This document shows, piece by piece, positions 29,813 to 39,128 of a DNA stretch of 64,000 nucleotides. The stretch is taken from assembly GCA_963667175.2 (NCBI GenBank), contig CAXXXF010000016.1, forward strand, positions 256,001 through 320,000, given 5' to 3'. Origin of the DNA: Candidatus Latescibacterota bacterium. Lineage in GTDB: Bacteria > Latescibacterota > UBA2968 > GCA-2709665. The notes below the pieces were generated by a model. The model saw only the letters and a program-made list of their open reading frames with translations, did not search any database and had not been told where the DNA came from. Each line of letters opens with the position of its first letter. Position 1 is the stretch's first letter. The translations under genes were made by a program, and so were the position numbers.

Positions 29813-30553
29813 ATGATCATCGACAGCCATGTGCATCTCAGACACGGCAACGCCGAGCGTACGGAATACACAGCGCATCAGATTGTCGAATCCATGGACG
29901 GCGCAGGCGTGGACAAATCGGTCGTCTTCGCCATTTGCACCACCGCATTCGACGCCATAGCGCGGGCTCGAACGGCGCACGAACTGTATCCCGACCGCCT
30001 CATCCCGTACGCGTACGCCCTGCCCGATCCCGAACGTCCGATCATCGGAAGCATTGAAGAGGCCGTTACGCGCCTTGGGTTCAAGGGCATCAAGATGCAC
30101 GCCGGCGAATGCACCCTCGCGGAATACGTGTCGGACCCCATCCTGAAACTGGCCGGCGAACACGGTGTGCCATGTCTCATCGATTTCATCGGCCGCGACG
30201 CCGACCTCGAGCGCATGTCCAGGTCCTTTCCCGACACCCCGATCATTGTCGCCCACATGGGTCGTTACCTGTGCACCGACCGGGGACTCATCGACCGGTT
30301 CGTCCGCATCGCCGAAGCAAACGAGAACGTGTATCTGGACGTCAGCGGCGTCGTTTTGATCTGGAAAATCCGCGAGGCCGTGGAACGTCTGGGGCCGGAA
30401 CGCATTATCTGGGGAACCGACGGACCCTACCCCACGCCCGACCTGGCAAGCTATATCCGCACCGACCTCGCAAAGGTCAAGGCTTCCTGTATTAGCGGAC
30501 CGGAACTCTCCGCCATTCTCGCCGGAAACATCTCCCGGCTGCTTGATCTCTGA
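29813..30553 (+). CDS. amidohydrolase family protein (Amidohydro_2)
   Basis: IDSHVH, KGIKMH, AHMG and WGTDGP. Confidence 0.88.
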   Translation: MIIDSHVHLRHGNAERTEYTAHQIVESMDGAGVDKSVVFAICTTAFDAIARARTAHELYPDRLIPYAYALPDPERPIIGSIEEAVTRLGFKGIKMHAGECTLAEYVSDPILKLAGEHGVPCLIDFIGRDADLERMSRSFPDTPIIVAHMGRYLCTDRGLIDRFVRIAEANENVYLDVSGVVLIWKIREAVERLGPERIIWGTDGPYPTPDLASYIRTDLAKVKASCISGPELSAILAGNISRLLDL

Positions 30554-30731
30554 CTTTGCATGCTAGCTTTGGATATAATATAAATTTCACGACAAGAATA
30601 AGTTATGTAATTTTTCTGTAATCAGACTCGAGCCTCTGACGAGAAAAAGACAGGGCGCCGATACGATCCCCTGCAGGATGCAACTCGCGGTTGCCCGAAC
30701 CCTGCGATCGGTGACTTCGCGACACTTTTTC

Positions 30732-30759
30732 TTGACAAAAATCCGCGTTTGTATATTTT
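30732..30759 (+). promoter_or_regulatory. sigma70 promoter of the riboswitch-asd transcript
   Basis: TTGACA-N16-TATTTT about 10 nt upstream of the aptamer. Confidence 0.55.
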
Positions 30760-30768
30760 TCCTCCGCT

Positions 30769-30952
30769 GCAAGGGTAGAGGCGCGGGTTTGCATCAGTAA
30801 CCGGCGGTGGACGGCGGACCCACAGCTGCCGGACGAAAGGGTGAACCTGCCGAAGCCCGGAACTCCCTCCGCCGGGATTGACGGGCTGGGCCGCTGGATA
30901 AAATCCAGCTGGACTGTCACGGGAAACAAGGCCCCGTGGAGCGCTCTCTTGC
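30769..30952 (+). ncRNA. lysine riboswitch (L-box) aptamer
   Basis: Conserved AGAGGCGC, AGTAA, GAAAGG, GCCGAA, CTGGG, ACTGTC and GGAGCGCT in order; P1 GCAAGGGTAG/CTCTCTTGC; upstream of asd. Confidence 0.9.
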
Positions 30953-30973
30953 GATGTCGCGCATTCCGGTCGT

Positions 30974-31014
30974 AGCCGGCGATGTCTCTACCCTTGGACA
31001 TGCCGGCTGTTTTT
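30974..31014 (+). terminator. riboswitch-controlled intrinsic terminator
   Basis: AGCCGGC.ATGTC...GACATGCCGGCT followed by GTTTTT. Confidence 0.8.
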
Positions 31015-31120
31015 GTGCCACCGATCCACGCAACCCGGTCAGCCGGGAACCACGGACCCTGACAGTTGTCGAGTGATCCGCAAGCCGCAGTCAACCCTTA
31101 CTTTACAGAAGGAACGGAAA

Positions 31121-32203
31121 ATGAACAGGATCAAAGCAGGTGTTCTTGGCGCGACCGGCATGGTCGGTCAGCGCTTCGTCTCACTCCTGGAAGACCATCC
31201 CTGGTTCGAGATCTCGGTGGTGGCGGCCAGCCCGCGGTCGGCGGGCAAGACGTATCGCGAGGCCGTCGCGGGCCGATGGACGCTCTCTTCCGACGTTCCC
31301 TCGAAGATTGCCGATCTGACGGTCAGGAACGTGAACGAGGTCGAAGCCATCGCCGATCAGGTCGCCTTTGTCTTCTCGGCGCTGGATATGGAAAAAGAGG
31401 ACATCCGCGACCTCGAGGACGCCTATGCCCGGCAGGAGACGCCTGTGGCGTCCAACAATTCCGCCCATCGGTGGACGCCGGACGTCCCCATGCTCATGCC
31501 CGAAATCAACGCGGGACACGTCGCCGTCATCGAGGCGCAACGCAAGCGTCTTGGCACCCGCTCAGGCTTTGTCGCCGTCAAGCCGAACTGCTCGATACAA
31601 CCCTATGTCCCGGCCTTCGAGGCATTGGCGGACTTCGGACCCCGAAGCGCTTCCGTGTGCACCTACCAAGCCATTTCCGGCGCCGGGAAGACCTTTGCGT
31701 CGTGGCCCGAAATGGAGGACAACATCATCCCCTTCATTGGAGGGGAAGAGGAAAAGAGCGCCATGGAACCGCTGAAAATCTGGGGCGAGATTCACAACGG
31801 CGAAATCCGAAACGCAAGCGCCCCGGTCATTTCCGCACAGTGCATTCGGGTGCCCGTCAGCGACGGACACATGGCCGCCACGTCGGTGTCGTTCGAAGAG
31901 AAGCCTTCCCGGGAACAGGTGATCGAGTCCTGGCGAACTTTCCAGGGGGATCCGAAGGCTGCCAACCTGCCTTCTTCGCCCAGACCGTTCCTGACGTATT
32001 TCGATGAAGACGACCGGCCCCAGACCCGGCTGGACCGGGACGCTGGCGATGGCATGGGCGTAACGCTGGGGAGACTGAGGGACGACGACATTTTCGACTA
32101 CAGATTCATCGCCCTGAGTCACAACACCGTTCGAGGGGCGGCGGGCGGCGCCGTTCTCATGGCTGAACTTCTTGCGGCCGAAGGTTATCTGAAAACGAAG
32201 TAG
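31121..32203 (+). CDS. asd: aspartate-semialdehyde dehydrogenase
   Basis: LGATGMVGQRF, KPNCS, QAISGAG, RVPVSDGH and HNTVRGAAG. Confidence 0.96.
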   Translation: MNRIKAGVLGATGMVGQRFVSLLEDHPWFEISVVAASPRSAGKTYREAVAGRWTLSSDVPSKIADLTVRNVNEVEAIADQVAFVFSALDMEKEDIRDLEDAYARQETPVASNNSAHRWTPDVPMLMPEINAGHVAVIEAQRKRLGTRSGFVAVKPNCSIQPYVPAFEALADFGPRSASVCTYQAISGAGKTFASWPEMEDNIIPFIGGEEEKSAMEPLKIWGEIHNGEIRNASAPVISAQCIRVPVSDGHMAATSVSFEEKPSREQVIESWRTFQGDPKAANLPSSPRPFLTYFDEDDRPQTRLDRDAGDGMGVTLGRLRDDDIFDYRFIALSHNTVRGAAGGAVLMAELLAAEGYLKTK

Positions 32204-32245
32204 CTTCAATGGGCGACGCCGTACCCCCGCTTCTCCGACTGATTC

Positions 32246-34747
32246 TCAGTGTGGAACCCCATGCCGGCGCAACCGGCTGTGGATGGCCTCCCTTGCCTCC
32301 TGAAACGGTCGCTCCAGGTATGCCATGTGATCCTCTTCCCCGTGGTGGTGCGTGACCTCACCCGGCCTGTGCTGCCGGCTGTTCTCACGCATGTACGTCA
32401 CGCAGCCATCCACCAGCGTCAACATGTACCGCGCCGTTTCAGAATTGAACATCCACCACTCGCCGCCGCAGGCAATATAGACCGGGGAGGTATGCGCCAT
32501 CATGCCGCGTCCCCACCCGTCGAGGTGGGGAACCGCCCGGGCATAGTCCGGCCCGCCGCACCGTGCGGCCAACCACGAGTGAGCGCCGACCTCGATTTCC
32601 GCTTTCAGTCTCAGCTTTCGCGCGCCCCCCGATTCTTCCGTTGAGGCAACCACGCGCCCGTCCTGCACGATCTGCAGCGTATGGATGGGCAGCACGCATT
32701 CGGCCTCCGCGACCGCTTCGACACAACCGCCGTTACCCGGCAGCATGACCGTATCGCCGACGTCGCGGCCGTCCACGGTGAACCGGATGATCGGCCCTCC
32801 GCTGTGAAAGGTCCGGCCCGCGGCCATGTTCCTGCACCAGGTTTCGTACGTGAACGGCTCATCGTCGGGAATCCTCACGTACGTTCTGTAGATGCCCACC
32901 GGCACGTCGCTGCTCATCTTGTCGGTGCCGCCGACGAGCGGCAGCCTGTATCCGCAGTTCAGATACCTGTAGTATTCGTTGTGATTGTACGTTGCGTGCC
33001 TGAGCATCTCAACGGCGTCGGCGCGGCCCGTCGCGATGAGTGTGGCCGGCTCGCCGTTTGGATTGGGAAGGTGGGGTATGATCACGGCGCCGCCCTGCGC
33101 GTGGCATCGGTCCGCCCAATCCGACATGGTCACCTCAAGCGTACCGCCCATCTCCGCTTCGCCGGGGCCGTCGGAACACCAGGGCATTACGGTCTCCTTC
33201 AGACCGAGCAGAATCAGATGCCCGAGGAAATGCTGCCGGTTTTCCGATCCGACGTAGACAATGCTTCTCCCGTCGGGCGACGTGCTCGCTCTGCCGGTGA
33301 ACTCCTCGGTGCTGGTAAAGAGGTTGCCCCACTGCGAGGGCAGCAGGTTGACGACGTTCAGGTCCTCTCCCTGCGCCTCGGTGTGGCTTCCCTGCGTGGA
33401 AAGAAAATGGACGTGCGAATCCCCGCTGAACCACCGTTCGTCATTCATGCTGCACCAGCGTTTCAGCCGCAGTTCCAGTTCCCGCTGTCCGGGCCTGATT
33501 TCCACTGCGGTGCGGAGCGGCTCGTACTCGAATCCCCGGGCGACGTCCACGATGACCCGTCCCCTGGGCAGCCAGCCCTGACATGTGCCGTCCGTATACG
33601 CATAGGTAATCTGACCCAGCCGCACGTCGCCGCCCACGTCGATATGCCACGTGCCGAGGTTGGAATTCACGTGCGGATGGTGGCCGTGCGGCGCGTACGG
33701 TATCCCTTCGGGCGACCTGAAGTGAACCCGGCATGGCACCGGTTTCCCGGTCTCGTCATCGACCACCCGGGTATGCACCCAGTTTCGCCCCCGGTTTACG
33801 ACCTCGACCTTCAACGCAGGGGTCTCAATACTGCCGCGTTTCTCCAGTTCCCCCCAATTCACGGCGCCGAGCGATCTGGAGCCCTGGCTCACCGTGACGG
33901 TTGCCGACGGAATCGCGGCCACTTCGACGTACGCCGGACTGCTCGCCGGGTTCTGCCGCTGCCCCCACCCCTTCCTCTCGTCCCTCAGAAAATCGTCCGA
34001 TGGCCGCGCCGGCAGCGGATAGGGGTACGTGGCGATACCCCGGTCCACCTGCACGTCCAGGTCGAACGGCTTATCGGCATCCTCCTGTCTCGGCAGCGTT
34101 ATCAACACCTCTCGCGGGGCCTCCCGCGAGAACGGATGCTCGTCGGCGTGACCCAGCGTGATGCCGCCAATGACAAACCGGGGACCCTCGGGGATCACCT
34201 CCAGCCGTTCAATTGCACGGTCCGGGTGGGGATTCTTCCAGACCCAAAGCGTAAAGGCACTCGAACGGCCCTGCATCGCCTCGGTCTGACGTCGACCGGC
34301 GTCACCCCACCTTCCCTCGTAGCGCGGCAGCATTTCGTCCGTCCGGTCCTGCACCGCGACGAACGGGAGCCCTGCCGCCGCCGGAACCGTGCCAATCTCG
34401 AACCGGTCCCGGATCGGCGCCGAGACGACGTTGCCATCCTCGAAGTGGAAGCGGTATTCTGCAACGCACTCACCGATCGGCCCGTTATCCGGAATCCCGG
34501 AATCGAGCAACCGGTGCGCCACGACCACCCGGAGGGCCGTCTCTTCGACTGGGACGGATATCACCTGGCGCGACATCCCGTCCCCGAAACCCAGCAGGCA
34601 AGGCGCGGCCTCCCCGTCCGCGCGTCCGATCAGGAACGGCAGACCCTGGAAGTGATGGACGCCCGCGGACACATCCAATCCGTCGCAATGACTCTCGGGG
34701 CCCACGTTGCACATCGCGGACAGATCCAGCGGTTCATACGCAGCCAT
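32246..34747 (-). CDS. CehA/McbA-family PHP-like metallohydrolase, paralog 2
   Basis: SGDSHVHF, ENRQHFLGH, GGTDKM and AHTSPVY; same architecture as 27196-29688. Confidence 0.78.
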   Translation of the reverse strand: MAAYEPLDLSAMCNVGPESHCDGLDVSAGVHHFQGLPFLIGRADGEAAPCLLGFGDGMSRQVISVPVEETALRVVVAHRLLDSGIPDNGPIGECVAEYRFHFEDGNVVSAPIRDRFEIGTVPAAAGLPFVAVQDRTDEMLPRYEGRWGDAGRRQTEAMQGRSSAFTLWVWKNPHPDRAIERLEVIPEGPRFVIGGITLGHADEHPFSREAPREVLITLPRQEDADKPFDLDVQVDRGIATYPYPLPARPSDDFLRDERKGWGQRQNPASSPAYVEVAAIPSATVTVSQGSRSLGAVNWGELEKRGSIETPALKVEVVNRGRNWVHTRVVDDETGKPVPCRVHFRSPEGIPYAPHGHHPHVNSNLGTWHIDVGGDVRLGQITYAYTDGTCQGWLPRGRVIVDVARGFEYEPLRTAVEIRPGQRELELRLKRWCSMNDERWFSGDSHVHFLSTQGSHTEAQGEDLNVVNLLPSQWGNLFTSTEEFTGRASTSPDGRSIVYVGSENRQHFLGHLILLGLKETVMPWCSDGPGEAEMGGTLEVTMSDWADRCHAQGGAVIIPHLPNPNGEPATLIATGRADAVEMLRHATYNHNEYYRYLNCGYRLPLVGGTDKMSSDVPVGIYRTYVRIPDDEPFTYETWCRNMAAGRTFHSGGPIIRFTVDGRDVGDTVMLPGNGGCVEAVAEAECVLPIHTLQIVQDGRVVASTEESGGARKLRLKAEIEVGAHSWLAARCGGPDYARAVPHLDGWGRGMMAHTSPVYIACGGEWWMFNSETARYMLTLVDGCVTYMRENSRQHRPGEVTHHHGEEDHMAYLERPFQEAREAIHSRLRRHGVPH

Positions 34748-34782
34748 ACCCAAAACCCCCTTGTTGACACAGCCTCTCAGTG

Positions 34783-35748
34783 CTACGTCACCCGGTTGCG
34801 CGGGCGGCCCTCCAGAAATGCGATGACGTTGTCCACCGCGCCCCCGTTCAGCAGATCAACTCCTTCCGGCGTCATGTCGGCGCAGTGAGGCGTCAGCACC
34901 GCCTGCTCGCAAGACAGCAGCGGATGCGACGACGGCGCCGGCTCCTCGTCGTAGACGTCGATCGCCGCGCCGCCCAGACGCCCGGACCGGAGCGCGTCCA
35001 CAAGCGCATCGGTATCCACCACCGGACCCCTGGCGCCGTTCACCAGAATCGCGCCTTGTTTCATCAGTCCGAATTCCCGCGCGCCGATCATGCCGCGGCT
35101 GTCTTCGGTGAGCGCCACGTGCATGCTGACGACGTCGGCTTCGGCCAGCAATTCGTCCAGTTTCACGAAACGCACGCCCAGCCTTTCTGCCCGTTCCGGC
35201 GATGGATTGTAGGTCCACGCGATCACCTCCATCCCGATGGCGCGTCCCAGCCTGGCCATCTCCGCCCCGATATTACCGGCGCCGACGATGCCCAACACCT
35301 TGTCCTGCAAATAGATGCCATCCATCCTGGGCCATTCGCCCGCCTTCAACCGCTCCGTAAAGAACGCCGCGCGTTTCGCCGCGGCGAACATAAGCCCGAA
35401 CATGTGTTCGGCCACCACCGGCGCCGTTCGCCCCGGCTGGTTGCAGATGACAATCCCGTGCGCTCTGGCGGCTTCGAGGTCGAACATGTCGGTACCGATC
35501 GAGCAACTCGTAATCATTCGCAGATCGGGCAACCGTTCGAATTCTTCCCGCCTCCAGGACACCACGCCTCTTGTGTTGATAATGACTTCCGAGCCCTCCG
35601 CGCGCGCGACTTTCTCCGCACTCGACTCCGGCCTCGTATCGTACAGAACCACCTGTCCGTAACGCGCCAGGCGGTCCAGATGGGGAGACCCGGCGATCAT
35701 CACCGGATCGTCTCCCGGGACCAGCATCCTTAGCGTTCCATCGGCCAT
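34783..35748 (-). CDS. D-2-hydroxyacid dehydrogenase family protein
   Basis: VAEH, GAGNIG, NGARG, DVYDEEP and TPH; GGAGG RBS. Confidence 0.9.
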   Translation of the reverse strand: MADGTLRMLVPGDDPVMIAGSPHLDRLARYGQVVLYDTRPESSAEKVARAEGSEVIINTRGVVSWRREEFERLPDLRMITSCSIGTDMFDLEAARAHGIVICNQPGRTAPVVAEHMFGLMFAAAKRAAFFTERLKAGEWPRMDGIYLQDKVLGIVGAGNIGAEMARLGRAIGMEVIAWTYNPSPERAERLGVRFVKLDELLAEADVVSMHVALTEDSRGMIGAREFGLMKQGAILVNGARGPVVDTDALVDALRSGRLGGAAIDVYDEEPAPSSHPLLSCEQAVLTPHCADMTPEGVDLLNGGAVDNVIAFLEGRPRNRVT

Positions 35749-35944
35749 CTCCAGACCTCCAGTGTGGCGACGTCTGACAACACGGTTGCCGCAGGGACCG
35801 TACGCGGCAGGGGCGTCCTGTATCCCGAATGCGGAAGAAGGCCAAACACAGCAAGCCCGCAGGACGATGCCTCCAGTGCCGGAGTCCGCCCGCTCCGGGA
35901 TCCGATCATGCGCACGCATCCTGACGGAGTCCGTCCGAGCGCGC

Positions 35945-37135
35945 TCACTCGCCTTTCGGTATCCGCGACGGACCTTCGGAGGCCAATGTGGTCAACGCGC
36001 CGAGCAGCAGGTCGATTTCCTCTTCCAGCAGGAAAAACGGCACGCTGGCGCGCAGACCGCGCCGCGTCGAGTTGAATGCCTTGACGACGATGCGCCAGCG
36101 CCGCCTCAGCTCATCCCTCACGTCCTCGGGCCGCCAACCTTTCATATCGAATGCGACGACGGCGGCAGACTGTGCGTGGGACATCGGGGTGAACACCCTG
36201 ACCCCCGGGATCCCGATCAACCCCTGTTTCAACCGGGTCGTCAACGCCGCGGTGCGCGACCAGATAGCCTCCAGTCCAATGTTCTCCAGGTATGCCACCG
36301 CCGACGCCCAGGCGTGTACGAGCGGCCACGACCAGGGCCCGAATTCGAACCTCTCGGTATTGTCTTTGAGTTCGAAACGATCCTCCCCGAAGTCCACCCA
36401 CGCCTGCGCCCGCCCGCCTGCGTAGGTCACGCGTATTTCATCCCGGCGGTCCTCCCGTGCAAACAGCGCTCCGGCGGCATAGGGTGAATACATCCACTTG
36501 TAGGAAAGAACTCCGGCGAAGTCGCAGCCCACTTCGTTCAGATCCAGGGGGTACAGTCCCGCGGAGTGCGCCATGTCCAGAAACGTGAGGACGCCGCGCG
36601 CCCGCGCGGCGGAACAGATGCGTTCCACGGGCAGGCGGAACCCCGAGTCTGAAATCACGTGGCTCAAGCCAATCAGACGGGTGCGCTCCGTGATGCGTCC
36701 CGCAACCGCTTCGACCTGTCCGTCACCATTTTCCACGAGGGGCGCCTTGTCCACGATGACGCCGTACAGATCGCGCAGATGAAGACAGGGCACCAGCAGG
36801 GCCACCTCTTCTTCTTCGGAAATCAGGATGCGGTCTCCCGCCTTCCAGTCCAGGCCGCGGATCACCGTCTGGAACGCTTCGCTCACCCCGCGCATCAACG
36901 CCAGATCGCCGGCCCGAACGCCGAAGAATCTCCCGAGGCGCGCCTTGGACCGTTCCCGGCGCGGGTATTCCTCATCGGGAAACGCAATGTGCATCGGACC
37001 GCGCTCGAACAGTTCCCGCATCAGCGTCAAGTGCGTCCGGGCAACCGGCGCCGGGGTGATGCTCACGCCACCGTTCTGGAACCAGACGAATTTTTCCAGC
37101 GGCGGGAAGTCCGCCCTGATCTTCCCTACGTTCAT
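35945..37135 (-). CDS. PLP-dependent class V aminotransferase-fold enzyme
   Basis: IRADFP, SHV..SG, LDMAHS.G, SYKWM (PLP Lys), RFEFG and LRAS. Confidence 0.85.
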   Translation of the reverse strand: MNVGKIRADFPPLEKFVWFQNGGVSITPAPVARTHLTLMRELFERGPMHIAFPDEEYPRRERSKARLGRFFGVRAGDLALMRGVSEAFQTVIRGLDWKAGDRILISEEEEVALLVPCLHLRDLYGVIVDKAPLVENGDGQVEAVAGRITERTRLIGLSHVISDSGFRLPVERICSAARARGVLTFLDMAHSAGLYPLDLNEVGCDFAGVLSYKWMYSPYAAGALFAREDRRDEIRVTYAGGRAQAWVDFGEDRFELKDNTERFEFGPWSWPLVHAWASAVAYLENIGLEAIWSRTAALTTRLKQGLIGIPGVRVFTPMSHAQSAAVVAFDMKGWRPEDVRDELRRRWRIVVKAFNSTRRGLRASVPFFLLEEEIDLLLGALTTLASEGPSRIPKGE

Positions 37136-37236
37136 TTGCCTGCGCCCAGGTGAAAACACGTTTTCGGAATCAACGAGCCGGTTTCCGATCGGTTCAAGCG
37201 TGTTTCGCGTCCGTGCCCGCGTTTCGGGTCGTCGCC

Positions 37237-38142
37237 TCAGCGCCAATGGGCGGGCAGTATGACGTCCCTCAATCCCAGATGCCGCGCGATCCAGCGCTCC
37301 TGGTAGACCCCATCCTTGTAACGGGAGTGCTCCGAGGCGCGAACCTGAGGAGCCGCCTGCATGGCATCGGCTACCGCACCTAGCGTTTCCCTGCTGCCCC
37401 ACAGCAGGGTCGGCGCCGTGATCCGGGGCGCAAAGAACAACGGGTCGAAATAGGATACCGTACGTGCTACAGCGTGGCGGCGATCCGGATATTGACGCAG
37501 GTATTCGTTGATCTCCTCCAAAGGATAACTCTCCGTGCCGGCCGCCCGATCCATCGTGCGATGGAAAAAAGACGGTGACGCAACCAGGTGGGTCAGACCC
37601 CCGCGCAGGGCCGCGGAAAAGAGCGGCATCTCGTTCTGGCCTATCCCGACGATTCGCCCGCGGTCCGCTTCCGGACGCGTGAGCACATAGTCGACCGCCC
37701 GGCAACAGTCTGCCACGATGCCCCGCATCACGTAACCTTCGTGGTCTTCTATCCCGTCCACAAACAAGCCCGGGAACGACGCCGCGTAGGGCTTGTCGGC
37801 GTTCCGCTGCCCCCTGGCGGCCATGGCGAACACCAGGAACCGCCGTCGTTTCTCGCTTGCATCGCCCTGCGGCAGCGGTTCCACCACACTCTGCAGGCGG
37901 GTGAAATACAGAAGCGTTGGAAACGGTCCCTTCCCCCGGGGAATGCTCAGATAACCGAACAGCCTGTACGGACCGATGCTGGTAAAGCGTACCCCGTACG
38001 TCGTTGAATAGTCGGTCGACCGAATGGGCATCAATTCCACTTCAGGCGCTATCGGCGTCGCATCGAGCGAGTTGACGACGCGATTCCAGTACGCATCGAA
38101 ATCATCGGGTCTGACCGTCGTCGACATGCATCGGCTGGACAC
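37237..38142 (-). CDS. acetylxylan esterase (CE7)-like protein lacking the catalytic Ser
   Basis: PDDFDAYW, RGQ, SYPLEE and SYFD are retained; GxSQG is replaced by GIGQNE. Confidence 0.75.
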   Translation of the reverse strand: MSSRCMSTTVRPDDFDAYWNRVVNSLDATPIAPEVELMPIRSTDYSTTYGVRFTSIGPYRLFGYLSIPRGKGPFPTLLYFTRLQSVVEPLPQGDASEKRRRFLVFAMAARGQRNADKPYAASFPGLFVDGIEDHEGYVMRGIVADCCRAVDYVLTRPEADRGRIVGIGQNEMPLFSAALRGGLTHLVASPSFFHRTMDRAAGTESYPLEEINEYLRQYPDRRHAVARTVSYFDPLFFAPRITAPTLLWGSRETLGAVADAMQAAPQVRASEHSRYKDGVYQERWIARHLGLRDVILPAHWR

Positions 38143-38198
38143 TGATAACCTCCACTGGCGTCGGGAGAATCCGTTTACGCCGGTCCCGTGATCCGTAT

Positions 38199-39128
38199 TC
38201 AGGCGTGGTTTTTTAGGTGTTTCTCGAAAAACGCCTCAATTACGCTACCGTGCGCCACGCTGCCCGCATCGTGGGCATGGCCGTCGTACGCATACATGCG
38301 TTTGTCGCTCGACGCGATTTCTCGGAACGCAGCGTATCCGGTTTCGGGCGGGCAGATGTTGTCCTGCAGACCCAGGTTGACTATCATCGGGCATGATATC
38401 CGCGGTCCGAAGTGAATTCCGTCGAAATAGGCCAGCGTCTCACGCACCACGGGCTCCCGTTCGGGGTAAAGCCTCAGATAGTCCCGTATTTCCTGGTAGG
38501 GATAGGTGTGCGTCAGCTGGATCGCGTCCATAAAGCCGCACAGATAGGGTGCTCCGGCGGCCCCGGCCCTCGGGTCCCGGAGCGCGGCAACCACAAACGT
38601 CAATCCTCCCCCCTGGCTGCTGCCGGTCACGCCGATCCGCTCCGAGTCCACTTCCTCTCTGCCGGCCAGAAAGTCGAACGCGCGCACGGCATCGATATAG
38701 AACCCGCGATAGGAATAGGTGTTCCGGTCCACGATGTTGTGCGTCAGCAGCCCCGGATAACCCGGGTTGAACTGACCGTTGCTCCTGAGCTTTCCCCGCG
38801 GGGCGACGCTGAAAACCGCATAGCCCCCTTTTGCCTCCTGTTTCGGCAGTTGGGGCTCGCCGATATAGCCAGGCACCCGCAAGATCGAAGGCAACGTTCC
38901 GGCCCGCGACGCGGGCAGACAGTACCAACCCGCAATCCGGACGCCGTCGATACTGTCGAAGTGGACGTCGAAAACATCCACGTCGGGCGTCGACCTGAGG
39001 GGGCTGCGCACCACAGCCGGGTTGAGAGGAATGCGGTCCACGGTTTCGAGCACGTCCTCCCAGAATGCGTCGAAATCTTCGGGACGCGCCATCGACGTCT
39101 CGAAATCTTCCACAGCGATCCTGGCCAT
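38199..39128 (-). CDS. acetylxylan esterase/cephalosporin-C deacetylase (CE7)
   Basis: PEDFDAFW, GSSQGGG, QDNICPP and GHAH triad. Confidence 0.9.
   Translation of the reverse strand: MARIAVEDFETSMARPEDFDAFWEDVLETVDRIPLNPAVVRSPLRSTPDVDVFDVHFDSIDGVRIAGWYCLPASRAGTLPSILRVPGYIGEPQLPKQEAKGGYAVFSVAPRGKLRSNGQFNPGYPGLLTHNIVDRNTYSYRGFYIDAVRAFDFLAGREEVDSERIGVTGSSQGGGLTFVVAALRDPRAGAAGAPYLCGFMDAIQLTHTYPYQEIRDYLRLYPEREPVVRETLAYFDGIHFGPRISCPMIVNLGLQDNICPPETGYAAFREIASSDKRMYAYDGHAHDAGSVAHGSVIEAFFEKHLKNHA

Noticed and set aside
34758-34780. TTGTTGACACAGCCTCTCA resembles an IS terminal repeat
   Set aside because: No partner end or transposase was found; it lies in a ~30-bp intergenic gap and may be chance.
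32681-34888. 735-aa plus-strand ORF, and similar long antisense ORFs (753-2153, 24008-25231, 28282-29736, 38412-39824)
   Set aside because: Shadow frames opposite well-supported genes, as expected in high-GC DNA; no recognisable motifs.
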